NCBI GenBank assembly: GCA_964291295.2
Contig: OZ219754.1
Coordinates: forward strand, 3,008,001 to 3,072,000
Direction: 5' to 3'
DNA length: 64,000 bases
Source: an uncultured Candidatus Binatia bacterium
GTDB lineage: Bacteria; Desulfobacterota; Binatia; UBA9968; JAJDTQ01
In this document: positions 29,794 to 39,981 of the stretch, piece by piece
How positions within the stretch are numbered: position 1 is the stretch's first letter
How the letters are laid out: every line of letters starts with the position of its first letter
Position numbers and translations under genes: made by a program
The notes under the pieces: generated by a model
Databases searched by the model: none
The model's input: the letters and a program-made list of their open reading frames with translations, nothing else
What the model was told of the DNA's origin: nothing

Positions 29794-31185
29794 ATGGACG
29801 GCAACGCCTTCGACCTGGTCGTCATCGGCAGCGGCCCGGCCGGCCAGAAGGGCGCCATCGCGGCCGCCAAGATGGGCAAGCGGGTCGCCGTCATCGACCG
29901 CCGCGACATGATCGGCGGCGTGTGCCTGCACGCCGGCACCATTCCCAGCAAGACCCTGCGCCTGGCGGTGCTCTACCTGACCGGTTTTCAGCAGAAGTCC
30001 TTCTATGGCCAGGCCTATTCCCCGACCCCCCAGGTGACCGCGGACGACCTGATGTTCCGGGTCCGCACCGTCATCGATCGGGAGCACGCCACGATCACGG
30101 ATCAGCTCCAACGCAACGGCGTGACCCTGGTGAACGGCTGGGCCCGGTTCGTGGACGCCCACACGCTCCGGACCGACAGCGGCCAACAGGTCCGGGGAGA
30201 CCACATCCTTGTCGCCTGCGGCACGCGCTCCGTGCGCGATCCGGCGATTCCCCACGACGGCCGCAAGATCATGGTGGCCGAGGACTTCGGACGCAACGGC
30301 CAGAAGATCCCCCGGAGCATCATCGTGGTGGGCGCCGGGGTCATCGGCCTCGAGTACGCCTCGATGCTGTCGGCCCTGGGCGTGCGGGTTACCGTCATTG
30401 AACGGCGGGACACCATGCTGGGCTTCGTGGACCGGGAGGTCATCGAGGCGCTCCGGTATCACATGCGCCGACGGGGAGCGATCTTCCGGCTCGGCGAACA
30501 GGTGGTCGGCGTGCGGGTACAGGGAAACGGTCTGGTCCGGGCCGAACTGGAGAGCGGCAAACGTGTCACCGCGGACGCCCTGCTCTACACCGTGGGCCGG
30601 CAGTCCAACGCCGACCAGCTCCATCTCGACCGGATCGGCATCGACACCGATCCACGGGGCCGTATCGCCGTGAACGGGAACTTCCAGACCGCCCGGCCGC
30701 ACATCTACGCGGTGGGAGACTGCATCGGCTTTCCGGCGCTGGCCTCCACTTCCATGGAGCAGGGCCGCCTCGCGAGCACCCACATGTTCGACGGCCCGGC
30801 TCTCGAATCCGCGCCCTTCTTTCCCTACGGCATCTACACCATCCCCGAAATCTCCATGGTGGGCCGAACCGAACAGGAACTGACCGGCGAACGCATCCCC
30901 TACGAGGTGGGCAAGGCCCTCTACGAAGACGTCGCCAAGGCCCAGATGGTGGGCGAACGCGGCGGCATGCTGAAGCTGCTCTTCGATCCCGATACCCTGA
31001 AGCTGCTGAGCGTCCACGCCGTCGGCGAAGACGCCACCGAGATCATTCACATCGGCCACGCCGTGATCGCCCTCGGCGGCACCGTCGAGTACTTCCGGGA
31101 CAACGTCTTCAACTACCCCACCTTCGCCGAAGCCTACAAGGTGGCGGCCTACGACGGCTTCAACAAGATCGCTGCGCTGCGGTAG
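29794..31185 (+). CDS. sthA: Si-specific soluble NAD(P)+ transhydrogenase
   Basis: GSGPAGQKGA, GGVCLHAGTIPSKTLR (single Cys), GFPALASTSMEQGR, GIYTIPEIS, FNYPTFAEAYKVAA. Confidence 0.92.
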   Translation: MDGNAFDLVVIGSGPAGQKGAIAAAKMGKRVAVIDRRDMIGGVCLHAGTIPSKTLRLAVLYLTGFQQKSFYGQAYSPTPQVTADDLMFRVRTVIDREHATITDQLQRNGVTLVNGWARFVDAHTLRTDSGQQVRGDHILVACGTRSVRDPAIPHDGRKIMVAEDFGRNGQKIPRSIIVVGAGVIGLEYASMLSALGVRVTVIERRDTMLGFVDREVIEALRYHMRRRGAIFRLGEQVVGVRVQGNGLVRAELESGKRVTADALLYTVGRQSNADQLHLDRIGIDTDPRGRIAVNGNFQTARPHIYAVGDCIGFPALASTSMEQGRLASTHMFDGPALESAPFFPYGIYTIPEISMVGRTEQELTGERIPYEVGKALYEDVAKAQMVGERGGMLKLLFDPDTLKLLSVHAVGEDATEIIHIGHAVIALGGTVEYFRDNVFNYPTFAEAYKVAAYDGFNKIAALR

Positions 31186-31192
31186 CGGGCGG

Positions 31193-32113
31193 TCAGGTGA
31201 ACCGCGGGATGACTTCGGTGCCGAAACACTCGAGCTGGTGGGGGATGGCATCCGGGGCGCAGGCGGGGCGGGCGATGAACTTGGAGGCGCCGGCGTCGAT
31301 GAAACGCTGGATCGTGTCACCGATGTCCCGGGCGGTTCCCAGGGCCGAGGTCTCGACGAAATCGATGTCGTTGCGGTTGCGGAGGGCGTGGGGGCGGGCC
31401 GTCCGGGAGGCTTCGGCGGAATCCTCGGCGACACAGAAGTTGAGCAACACGCCGAAATGGTCCTCGTCGATGCGGCGGCCGCAGTCGGCGGCGTATCCCC
31501 GGATGCGGGCGATGGCCACCGCCACCTCGGCCGGAGTCATCTGGGAGCCCAGCCAGCCGTCGGCCAGGCGGGCGGTGCGCCGGAAGGCGGCGCCGCTGCG
31601 GCCACCGATCCAGATGGGCGGGGCGGCCTGCGCGGGCTTCGGGGCGACGGTCACGTCCCGGAACCGGTAGTACTTCCCGTCAGCGTGGACGCCGTTCTCC
31701 GACCACAACGCCCGCAGCAGGTGGACCATCTCCTCGGTGCGGCCGGCCCGCTCGGAGCGGTGGATGCCGCATGCCCGGAGTTCCGTGTCGTCGTCGCGGC
31801 CCAAGCCCACGGCCAGCAGCAGGCGCCCGCCCGAGAGAAAATCCAGGGTGGCGAGCTCCTTGGCCAGCACCGCGGGGTTCCTCAACGGCAAGGCCAGGAC
31901 GCTGGTGCCGAGCTTCATCCTGCGGGTGCGGGCGGCCGCCCACGAAAGGGCCACCACGGGTTCGAGACTCGGAACCTCGGAGACCACCCGGTCACTCAGC
32001 CACAGCGATTCGATGGCAAGGCTCTCCGCCAGGTCCACGACGCTCAGGAACGCCTCGGGACGCATCGCGCCGAAGGGCCAGCCGCTGAAGCCGATGCCGA
32101 TACCGATGCCCAT
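31193..32113 (-). CDS. LLM-class flavin-dependent oxidoreductase
   Basis: LWLSD, KLGTSVL.LPLRNP..LAKELATLD.LSGGR, PPIWIGG, ADGW. Confidence 0.9.
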   Translation of the reverse strand: MGIGIGIGFSGWPFGAMRPEAFLSVVDLAESLAIESLWLSDRVVSEVPSLEPVVALSWAAARTRRMKLGTSVLALPLRNPAVLAKELATLDFLSGGRLLLAVGLGRDDDTELRACGIHRSERAGRTEEMVHLLRALWSENGVHADGKYYRFRDVTVAPKPAQAAPPIWIGGRSGAAFRRTARLADGWLGSQMTPAEVAVAIARIRGYAADCGRRIDEDHFGVLLNFCVAEDSAEASRTARPHALRNRNDIDFVETSALGTARDIGDTIQRFIDAGASKFIARPACAPDAIPHQLECFGTEVIPRFT

Positions 32114-32314
32114 GCCTCTCCCCTGCTCTTTGCCGGTGGCAGCGTCCACCGGCCGCGGCCGGCCGTCTTCCCTGCCGGAGGAGTCCGGTGACCATCCTGT
32201 GCGCGCCATCGTGTCGCGGTGGGGATGCAGACGGGGGCGCCGGGTCCGGTTTCCGGCTGATGATCCGGGTGTCCGCCGCGGCCGCACCGGCGCCCGCCGA
32301 CGACATGCCGAACT

Positions 32315-32662
32315 TCACGAATCGTTGGAGGCGCCGCGGTAGCTGTCCTTGAGTTCGTCCATGACCGTGCCCTTCCAGAACTTGACACCCACCTGATATC
32401 CGGCGCGGCCGATCATGTGCGCGGAGACGGGCGCGGTGAGAAAGACGAACAGGGTGATGGCCAGAACCCGGACGGTGACGCCGATGTCGGGAAAGTAGAA
32501 CGCCACCGACACCATCAGGCAGAACACCCCCAGGGTCGGCGGCTTGGTGGCGGTCTGCATCCGGGTGAGCAGATCCGGCATGCGCAGGATTCCCAGGCAC
32601 CCCAGGAACATGAACGCGGTGCCGATGATCATGAACGTGGCGCAGATGATGTCAGTCACCAT
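32315..32662 (-). CDS. mrpG: Mrp Na+/H+ antiporter subunit G
   Basis: LRMPD...RMQTATK..TLG, LTAPVSAH. Confidence 0.92.
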   Translation of the reverse strand: MVTDIICATFMIIGTAFMFLGCLGILRMPDLLTRMQTATKPPTLGVFCLMVSVAFYFPDIGVTVRVLAITLFVFLTAPVSAHMIGRAGYQVGVKFWKGTVMDELKDSYRGASNDS

Positions 32663-32921
32663 GATGGGCCCATTTCTCGATGTAGCGGGAGAAGGTGACC
32701 GTGCCCAGGAAGGCCACCAGCGCCAGCACGATGGCCACGTCCAGATACACGGGTTCGTCGAAGGCGATGGCGTAGAGCGCGGCGATGCCGACGCCCACGG
32801 TGGTCAAGAGGTCCAGTGCCACCAGCCGGTCCGGGATGTTGGGGCCTCGCAGCAGGCGGATGAAGGCCAGCAGGATACCAAGGCTCAGGATACCGAGCAG
32901 AACAAATGCCAAGGGTGTCAT
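32652..32921 (-). CDS. mrpF: Mrp antiporter subunit F
   Basis: RLLRGPNIPDRLVALD, LDVAIVLAL.AFLGTV. Confidence 0.92.
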   Translation of the reverse strand: MTPLAFVLLGILSLGILLAFIRLLRGPNIPDRLVALDLLTTVGVGIAALYAIAFDEPVYLDVAIVLALVAFLGTVTFSRYIEKWAHHGD

Positions 32922-33391
32922 CGCAGCAACTCCACCACGCTCTTCTCGAAACCGTCCTTGATGGACCGGCGCAACGCCTCGGCGTCGTCCACGTACATGG
33001 CGTGAATGTACAGGAACCGCCGGTCGTCCGACACGTCGAGGCTCAAGGTGCCGGGGGTCAGGGTGATGAGGTTGGCCAGCAGCGTGATCTCGGCATCGGT
33101 CTCCGCGTCGAGCGGGATCGCCACCACGCCGGGCTTCATGTTGTGCGCCGGGGTCATCACCTCGTAGGCAATGCGCAGATTGGCCAGCAGCAGCTCCCAG
33201 GCAAACAGCGAGGCCAGCCGCAGACCCTGCCACAGCTTCTCGAAGTAACGGGAAGGCCGCAGCAGCGGGCGCACCGCGTAGAGGATCGCGAAGCCGAAGA
33301 CGAAGCCGATGGCGAGGCTCGCTGCCGTCACTTCTCCGGTCAGCGCGGCCCAGCTCAGCGCCAGCATGATGTTCCACAGCAGCACGGTCAT
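32918..33391 (-). CDS. mrpE: Mrp antiporter subunit E
   Basis: [28 protein letters not shown]. Confidence 0.92.
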   Translation of the reverse strand: MTVLLWNIMLALSWAALTGEVTAASLAIGFVFGFAILYAVRPLLRPSRYFEKLWQGLRLASLFAWELLLANLRIAYEVMTPAHNMKPGVVAIPLDAETDAEITLLANLITLTPGTLSLDVSDDRRFLYIHAMYVDDAEALRRSIKDGFEKSVVELLR

Positions 33392-34887
33392 GACGCCCCC
33401 CTCGCTCCCAGCACCGACCGGATGTACGGCTCGGGGTCCGCCAACTGGTGGCCTGCCTGCCAGGCCAGTTCGAGGAAGGGTCCGGCGGCCACGCCCATGA
33501 CCACGGCCAGAACGGCCAGAGTCACGATGGGACCCAGCATGAGCGCCCTGCCGGCACCCGGCGCATGGACGGCGGTTTCCGGCGGCAGGGGCTTCCAGAA
33601 CGCCTCGGCCCAGATCTTGGTCATGGAGAAGAGCGTCAGCAGGCTCACCCCCAGCGCGGCCGCCACCAGCGCGAACTCCCCGATGCCGAGACCGGCCTTT
33701 ACCAGCAACAGCTTGCCGAAGAACCCCGAGAGCGGCGGCACCCCGGCCAGGGAAAACGCCGACAGCAGGAACAGCAGGGAGACCCACGGGTGGGCGTGGT
33801 AGAGGCCCCCCAGCTTCTTGAGGTCGCCGGTGCCGTGCAGCCGGTGGGCCACGCCGCTCACCAGGAACAGGTTGGTCTTGACGAAGATGTTGTGGACGAT
33901 GAAGAACACCGTGCCGGTCAAGGCCAAGGGGGTGAAGAACCCGAGACCCATGACCATGTAGCCGATCTGGCTCACGATGTGAAAGGACAGCAGCCGGCGG
34001 AATTCGTACTGGGCCACGGCCCCGAGCACACCCGTCACCATGGTGATGCCCCCGGCCCAGAGGATGATCGTGTGGGTGTAGTCCACGTTGTTCAGGAACA
34101 GCAGCGTGAAGACGCGAATCAGGGCATAGACGCCCACCTTGGTCAACAGGCCGCCGAAGATCGCCGAAACCGCCACCGGCGGCGTATGGTACGAAGCCGG
34201 CAGCCAGAAGAACAACGGGAAGATGGCGCCCTTGATGCCGAAGGCCACCAGGAACAGGATGGCGAGGGTGGTCACCAGGCCCGGCTGGGCCGCGTTCCCG
34301 AGCCGCTGCGACAGATCGGCCATGTTGAGGGAACCGGCCATGGCGTAGAGGATACCCACCGCTGCCAGGAAGAAGGCCGACGCCACCAGGTTGAGGGTCA
34401 CGTACTTGATGGCGCCCTCGAGTTGGGCGCGCTCGCCTCCCAAGGCCAGCAGCACGAAGGACGAGATCAGCAGCACCTCGAACCAGACGAACAGATTGAA
34501 GATGTCGCCGGTGAGGAAGGCGCCGGAAACGCCCATGATCAGGATGTTGAACAGGGGGTAGTACCCGTACGCCTCGCGGTTGCGGTCCATGGTGCCCAGC
34601 GAGTAGACGACGACCACCAGGGCCACCACTCCGGTGGTGGCCACCAGGACGGCGCTGAACATGTCGGCCACCAGGGTAATGCCGAAGGGCGCGGTCCAGG
34701 CACCCTTCTGTACCGCCTGGATGCCCTCCCGGGCGACCCGCTCCAGCAGCACCACGGAGACCGCGAGGTAGACGATGCCGCCGGCCAGCGTGAGGATCCG
34801 CTGCGCCGCGACGTAACGCCACAGCACCACGCAACTCGCCCCCACCAGCAACGGCAGCAGGATGGGCAGGACGACGAGCGCGTTCAC
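33388..34887 (-). CDS. mrpD: Mrp antiporter subunit D
   Basis: [40 protein letters not shown]. Confidence 0.94.
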   Translation of the reverse strand: MNALVVLPILLPLLVGASCVVLWRYVAAQRILTLAGGIVYLAVSVVLLERVAREGIQAVQKGAWTAPFGITLVADMFSAVLVATTGVVALVVVVYSLGTMDRNREAYGYYPLFNILIMGVSGAFLTGDIFNLFVWFEVLLISSFVLLALGGERAQLEGAIKYVTLNLVASAFFLAAVGILYAMAGSLNMADLSQRLGNAAQPGLVTTLAILFLVAFGIKGAIFPLFFWLPASYHTPPVAVSAIFGGLLTKVGVYALIRVFTLLFLNNVDYTHTIILWAGGITMVTGVLGAVAQYEFRRLLSFHIVSQIGYMVMGLGFFTPLALTGTVFFIVHNIFVKTNLFLVSGVAHRLHGTGDLKKLGGLYHAHPWVSLLFLLSAFSLAGVPPLSGFFGKLLLVKAGLGIGEFALVAAALGVSLLTLFSMTKIWAEAFWKPLPPETAVHAPGAGRALMLGPIVTLAVLAVVMGVAAGPFLELAWQAGHQLADPEPYIRSVLGARGAS

Positions 34888-35231
34888 GTGTCGGTTGCCT
34901 TCATGTCGTCGAGGTCGTCGGTGCCCACGGTCTGATACGCCCGGTAGGCCAGCACCATGGCAAAGGCCTGCACGCCGAAACTGATGACGATGGCCGTCAG
35001 GATCAGCGCCTGGGGCAGCGGGTCCGCCGCGGTTCCGGCAATCACCTTGGCACCCTCGGGTATCACCGGAGGCACCGCGCGCGTGAGGCCGGCCGCGGTG
35101 AACACCAGCAGGCTCGCGCCGTGGGCCAGCAGCGCCAGCCCGATGATCAACTTCACGATGCTCCGGCGCATGAGCATGTAGACGCCGCAGGCATAGAGTC
35201 CGCCGATGACAACGGCCAGCAGGGCTTCCAC
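34884..35231 (-). CDS. mrpC: Mrp antiporter subunit C
   Basis: [17 protein letters not shown]; GTG start. Confidence 0.92.
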   Translation of the reverse strand: MEALLAVVIGGLYACGVYMLMRRSIVKLIIGLALLAHGASLLVFTAAGLTRAVPPVIPEGAKVIAGTAADPLPQALILTAIVISFGVQAFAMVLAYRAYQTVGTDDLDDMKATDT

Positions 35232-35665
35232 TAGTGGTCTCCCTCCTCTTCCTCCACTTCCTCCGCCATGCTGATGATGACGATGAGCACCACCCCCACC
35301 ACGGTCAGGTAGACGCCCATGTCGAAGAGCAGCGGCGTGCCCAGGTGGAGGTCGAGGCCGAAGATGGAGACATGCGCCCACTGCCCGGTCATGAACGGCT
35401 GCCCCTTGAACAGGGACCAGACGCCGCTCAGGGCGGCAACCAGCAGGCCCCAGGCGATGATGGTCTGGGCCCGGCAGGGCAGGAACCGGCGCATGGAGCT
35501 GACGTCGTAGGCAATGGCGTAGAGGGTCAGCGCCGCCGCCAGCACCAGGCCGCCGACAAAGCCGCCGCCGGGGTCGTTGTGCCCCCGGAGCAGCAGAAAG
35601 ATGGAGAACTGGAACAGCAGGATCAGCAGGAAACGGCTGGTCGTCCTGAGAATCAGCGAGTTCAC
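35231..35665 (-). CDS. mrpB: Mrp antiporter subunit B
   Basis: [24 protein letters not shown]. Confidence 0.93.
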   Translation of the reverse strand: MNSLILRTTSRFLLILLFQFSIFLLLRGHNDPGGGFVGGLVLAAALTLYAIAYDVSSMRRFLPCRAQTIIAWGLLVAALSGVWSLFKGQPFMTGQWAHVSIFGLDLHLGTPLLFDMGVYLTVVGVVLIVIISMAEEVEEEEGDH

Positions 35666-37956
35666 GAGCCCTCTCCCTTCCCGAGCCGGAGCCGGATAAG
35701 CGAATAGACGCCGATGCCGGCCACCGCCAGCACGGTGATCTCACCCAGCGTGTCGAAGCCCCTGAAATCCACCAGGATCACGTTCACGATGTTTCGGCCC
35801 TGCCCCATCAGGTACGAGTTGGCCGAGAAATAGCTGGAGATGGTGGGATGCCACTGCACCGAGGTGGCCACCAGCACCAGCAGCGTGAAGAGCGCTCCCA
35901 CCGCCGTGCCGACGGCCACGTGCGGCAGGATGGCCGCGCGGGTGGAGAACCGCTTGAACGGCGGCATGTAGTAGAACACGAACACGAACAGGATCAGTGA
36001 CAGGGTCTCGATGAGGAACTGGGTCATGGCCAGGTCGGGCGCGCCGTAGAGAACGAAGATCAGCGCCACGCTGTAGCCCACCACGCCCAGGGCCATGACC
36101 GCGCGCAGGAAGGTCTGCGCCCGGACGGCGGCGATGGACGCCGCCAGCGCCACGACGCCCAGCACCCACTCGTGCAGGCCGATGTCGCCCCAGTGCATCC
36201 GGATGACGCCGATGTCGGCGCGGGTGAGAAAGGTGTACCAGGCCAGCGCCGCGGTCACGCCCATGATGGTGGCCAGGTAGAGGCGCAGATAACCGTTCTG
36301 CAGCAGCCGTGTCTGGCCCGCCGCCGACCGGTTGAGGAGGCGGAGCCACAGGGCGTAGCCGTGCGAGGGGCCAAGGCGCGCCACCGGCAGGGCGAAGGCC
36401 GCCATCCTCCGCAACGCCTCCCGGTTGAGGTACACCAGCACGCCCAGCGCGAACGTCACCAGGCTCAGCGCCAGCAGCGGACTGAAGCCGTGCCACAGCG
36501 CCAGATGCATGTGCACCTCCCTGGCCAGCACGGACCCCGCGGCCGCCGACAGCAGCGTCTCGGAAAGCGCCGGCATCAGCCCCAACAGCAGGCTCAGACA
36601 TCCCAGGAAGACCGGTCCCAACCACATGGTCCAGGGCGGATCGTGGGGATGCGCGGGGGTGTGGGTCGCACTTCCGGAAAACGGCCGGATGCCCGCCAGC
36701 CAGGCCACCGCGAAGAGCAGCGTGCTGGTGAGGACGCCCACCACCGTCACCACCGCACCGTCGTAAGTGAGCGCTTCGTAGAGCGCCTCCTTGCCGATGA
36801 AACCGAAGAATGGCGGCAGGCCGGCCATGGACAGCGCCCCCACGGCGGCGCCCACGCCGATGATGGGCATGGTCTTGCGCAGCCCGCCCAGCTGCCGGAT
36901 ATCCCGGGTGCCGGCCTCGTGGTCGATGGCGCCGGCCACCAGGAACAGCGCGGCCTTGTAGAGCACATGGGCCATGAGAAAGACCATGGCCGCCTTTACC
37001 GCCAGCGTGCTGCCGAGGCCAAGCAGCAGGGTGAGCGTGCCCAGCACGCTCACCGTGGAATAGGCCAGGATCTTCTTGAGGTCGGTCTGGTGAAGCGCCT
37101 GGTACGCGCTCACCAGCATGGTGGCCGCGCCGAAGCCGGTGACCACGTAGAGCCAGAGGTCGCTGCCGCCCAGCACCGGACTCAGCCGCGCCAGCAGGTA
37201 GACGCCGGCCTTCACCATGGTGGCGGAGTGGAGGTAGGCGCTCACCGGCGTCGGCGCCTCCATGGCCGACGGCAGCCAGAAATGGAACGGGACCTGGGCC
37301 GACTTGGTGAAGGCGCCGGCGAAGACCAGCGCCAGCGCCAGCGGATAGAGGGGGTGGCTCCGCACCGCGGCATTGTCCGCGGCCAGTGCCGATATCTCGA
37401 AGCTGCCGCCCATCTGACCCAGGAGCAGCACCCCGGCCATGAGCGCCAGACCGCCGGTGCCGGTGACCAGCAACGCCTGCAGCGCGGCCCCCCGGGCCGT
37501 GTCCTTGTCGTGCTCGAAGCCGATGAGGAAATAGGATGTGACGCTGGTGAGCTCCCAGAAGACGAACAGCGCGATCAGGTTGTCCGACAGCACGACGCCC
37601 AGCATGGACGCCATGAACATGAGGATGAAGAGATAGAAACGCGGCAGCGACGGGTGACCGTGGAGATAGCTGCCGGCGTAGGTGATGATGAGCGTGCCCA
37701 CCACCGTGATGGCCAGGGAGAACAGAAGCCCCAGGCCGTCCAGGTTGAAGGAGAGCTGGAGCCCCAGGGCCGGGATCCAGGGCCAGGTGGAGCGGATTCC
37801 GTGGCCGCCCGCCACCTCGGCCGTGTGGCTCAGGAAATAGAGCGCCAGGAGCGCCGGAAAGACCGAGAAGACGAAACCCGCCCCGCGCGCGCTCACCCGA
37901 TACAGGGCGGGCGCCAGCAGGGCCAGCGCGAAACCGGAAAGGACGACGAAGATCAT
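35662..37956 (-). CDS. mrpA: Mrp antiporter subunit A
   Basis: [57 protein letters not shown]. Confidence 0.95.
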   Translation of the reverse strand: MIFVVLSGFALALLAPALYRVSARGAGFVFSVFPALLALYFLSHTAEVAGGHGIRSTWPWIPALGLQLSFNLDGLGLLFSLAITVVGTLIITYAGSYLHGHPSLPRFYLFILMFMASMLGVVLSDNLIALFVFWELTSVTSYFLIGFEHDKDTARGAALQALLVTGTGGLALMAGVLLLGQMGGSFEISALAADNAAVRSHPLYPLALALVFAGAFTKSAQVPFHFWLPSAMEAPTPVSAYLHSATMVKAGVYLLARLSPVLGGSDLWLYVVTGFGAATMLVSAYQALHQTDLKKILAYSTVSVLGTLTLLLGLGSTLAVKAAMVFLMAHVLYKAALFLVAGAIDHEAGTRDIRQLGGLRKTMPIIGVGAAVGALSMAGLPPFFGFIGKEALYEALTYDGAVVTVVGVLTSTLLFAVAWLAGIRPFSGSATHTPAHPHDPPWTMWLGPVFLGCLSLLLGLMPALSETLLSAAAGSVLAREVHMHLALWHGFSPLLALSLVTFALGVLVYLNREALRRMAAFALPVARLGPSHGYALWLRLLNRSAAGQTRLLQNGYLRLYLATIMGVTAALAWYTFLTRADIGVIRMHWGDIGLHEWVLGVVALAASIAAVRAQTFLRAVMALGVVGYSVALIFVLYGAPDLAMTQFLIETLSLILFVFVFYYMPPFKRFSTRAAILPHVAVGTAVGALFTLLVLVATSVQWHPTISSYFSANSYLMGQGRNIVNVILVDFRGFDTLGEITVLAVAGIGVYSLIRLRLGKGEGS

Positions 37957-37984
37957 CGAGGGGCATCCAGCGGCGCGCCGGCGG

Positions 37985-38746
37985 TCATGAAGTCCAGACC
38001 CCCTCCGGGTCGTACTTTCTCACGGCGAGAATCTCGTCCCGGGACGGCTCCGGAGTCCGGGTGACGTCCGGCGCCGCCTTGAGCGGCCAATCCGTCTGCT
38101 CCCTGATCTCCTGCACCGTGACGCCGGGATGATACGACTTGATGCGCATCTCCCGGGTCGCCGGATCGAAGGAGAAAATGCCGAGGCTGCTGATGGTCCG
38201 GCTCGGCCCGCCGCCGGGCAGGCCCAGCCGCTCGCGCCAGCCGGCGCCGCCGCCGAAGCCGGGGGAGCTGATGAACCGCACCCGGGGGACGAAACGCCGC
38301 CGCTCATGATTCATGATGATCACGCACCGGCCGGCCAGGGTGGCGATGTCCGCAGCGCCGCCGCTGCCCGGAAGCCGTACCCGCCCACCGTTGTCGCCGA
38401 CCCAGTGCGTGTTGAGATTGCCGTGGCGGTCCACCTCGGCGCCGCCGATGAAACCCATCTCCACGCGGCCGCTCTGGAGCAGGCTCATGACGTCCATCAG
38501 GCCGCCGCAGTAGAGCGCGCCAGCCACGTTGGGCGGATCGCTCATGGTGAAGATCGGCTTCAGGGCCGGCCAGTCCCGCACCACGCCGCTCTCGAAGATG
38601 CCGATGGCACCGGGAGCATGCAGCTCCTTGGCCACGGCGAACCCCAGCAGCGGAAGCCGCATGCCGACGAAGACCCGCTCGCCGTCGCGAATCTCCCGCG
38701 CCGCTGCAATGACCATGAGCTCTCGCCGCGTATAGTCCATGTCCAT
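37985..38746 (-). CDS. Family I CoA-transferase beta subunit (GctB/CatJ-like)
   Basis: VFVGMRLP, FESG (catalytic Glu), GAEVDRHGNLN, RLPGSGG. Confidence 0.9.
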   Translation of the reverse strand: MDMDYTRRELMVIAAAREIRDGERVFVGMRLPLLGFAVAKELHAPGAIGIFESGVVRDWPALKPIFTMSDPPNVAGALYCGGLMDVMSLLQSGRVEMGFIGGAEVDRHGNLNTHWVGDNGGRVRLPGSGGAADIATLAGRCVIIMNHERRRFVPRVRFISSPGFGGGAGWRERLGLPGGGPSRTISSLGIFSFDPATREMRIKSYHPGVTVQEIREQTDWPLKAAPDVTRTPEPSRDEILAVRKYDPEGVWTS

Positions 38747-38928
38747 GAGGTCCGAAACCGGCGGGCGCGTCACGCCTCCGCCGCTCCGGTCCCGGTAACA
38801 TTCCCGGCGCCGCGATTCAATGGGCGCGGTCCCGCGCCGGTCAGGCGCTCCGGGCTCCTCCCGCCGGCCTCCCGCGCCAGCGTCGCCAGAAGGAGCCGGC
38901 GGGCACCCGCTCCCGGCCACGCAGGCTC

Positions 38929-39840
38929 CTACCAGCCATAGCTCACCGGTGCCGCCATCTGGTTCCGGTCCGGTTTGAGCCTGGCGGCCCGCTCGGTGCC
39001 GAGGCGTTCCAGATAGCCGTCATGCCCGCCCGCCCCGAGCACCCACCGGTAGAGCCACTTGTCAAACCCGGCGCGCTCCCGGGACTGCGCATGATAGTCG
39101 AAGTAGAAGCTGTCGTCGCGACGGCTGTAGCCCTGTGTCGGCGACGGGTGGGAGCCCAGGGGCACGCAGGCAACCGCCGCCACCAGGAATCCCGGAACCA
39201 GGGTCCGATTGGGATCGCTCAGTATCACCTCGTGGGGGACGATCTCCTCGCAGGTGAGCACCACCTTGCCCGCCGCCAGCGCCGCATCCTGGGTCACCCC
39301 CAGATTGCCCCACACGTGGGCATTGCCCTCCGCGTCCGCCCGCTGGACGTGCAGGACGGCGACATCGGGCTTCACCGCCCTGACCGCCAGCAGGTTCTCC
39401 CGGGTGAAGGGACAGACCACCCGGCCGAACGACGCCTCGTTCCGGAAGTCGCTGCCCGTGAGCGTTCGCGTGGGCAGGAACGGCACACCCATGGCCGCGG
39501 CCTTGAGACCCAGAGCCATGGAGAAATTGGAATGGTTCTCCACCGCCAGCGGCCCCGGCTCCTGCCGCTCCACCGCGCGCCGGTAATTGTGCCCGAGGCC
39601 CGCCGCCACATTGCCGACCCATGCGCCGCAGACCCGCCCGACGCAGCCCGCGCCGATGAGCTGGTCGAACTGCATGTCGGATATCGTGGTCATCAGCGCA
39701 AGGCCGCGCCGGCGCTGGCGGATGATCTCGTAGCCGGCCGCAAAGGGGATGAGCGACTCGAGGGCGGCCCCCATGAAGACGGACATGCCGTCCTCGATCT
39801 CCTCGGCGACGGCATCTCGAAGGCTGCGGAGCTTCGACAT
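38929..39840 (-). CDS. Family I CoA-transferase alpha subunit (GctA/CatI-like)
   Basis: IPFAAGYEIIRQ, DQLIGAG, AAAMGVPFLP, HVQRADAEGN, EEIV, HPS. Confidence 0.9.
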   Translation of the reverse strand: MSKLRSLRDAVAEEIEDGMSVFMGAALESLIPFAAGYEIIRQRRRGLALMTTISDMQFDQLIGAGCVGRVCGAWVGNVAAGLGHNYRRAVERQEPGPLAVENHSNFSMALGLKAAAMGVPFLPTRTLTGSDFRNEASFGRVVCPFTRENLLAVRAVKPDVAVLHVQRADAEGNAHVWGNLGVTQDAALAAGKVVLTCEEIVPHEVILSDPNRTLVPGFLVAAVACVPLGSHPSPTQGYSRRDDSFYFDYHAQSRERAGFDKWLYRWVLGAGGHDGYLERLGTERAARLKPDRNQMAAPVSYGW

Positions 39841-39928
39841 GGCAAAAGGTTCTAGCCCGTTGCCCCTTGTCACGCAAGGGTCGTCCAGCGTTCACGGCAA
39901 AGACGGCGCGCGCTTCCTCGCCCGCGGT

Positions 39929-39958
39929 TTGACTGCCCGGAGCGCAGGTGAATATATA
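39929..39958 (+). promoter_or_regulatory. Candidate sigma70 promoter for the ferredoxin-NrfD/molybdoenzyme operon
   Basis: TTGACT followed 17-18 bp later by AT-rich ATATATAT in otherwise GC-rich DNA. Confidence 0.45.
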
Positions 39959-39981
39959 TCCATCGCCGCCGGGAGGGTTTC

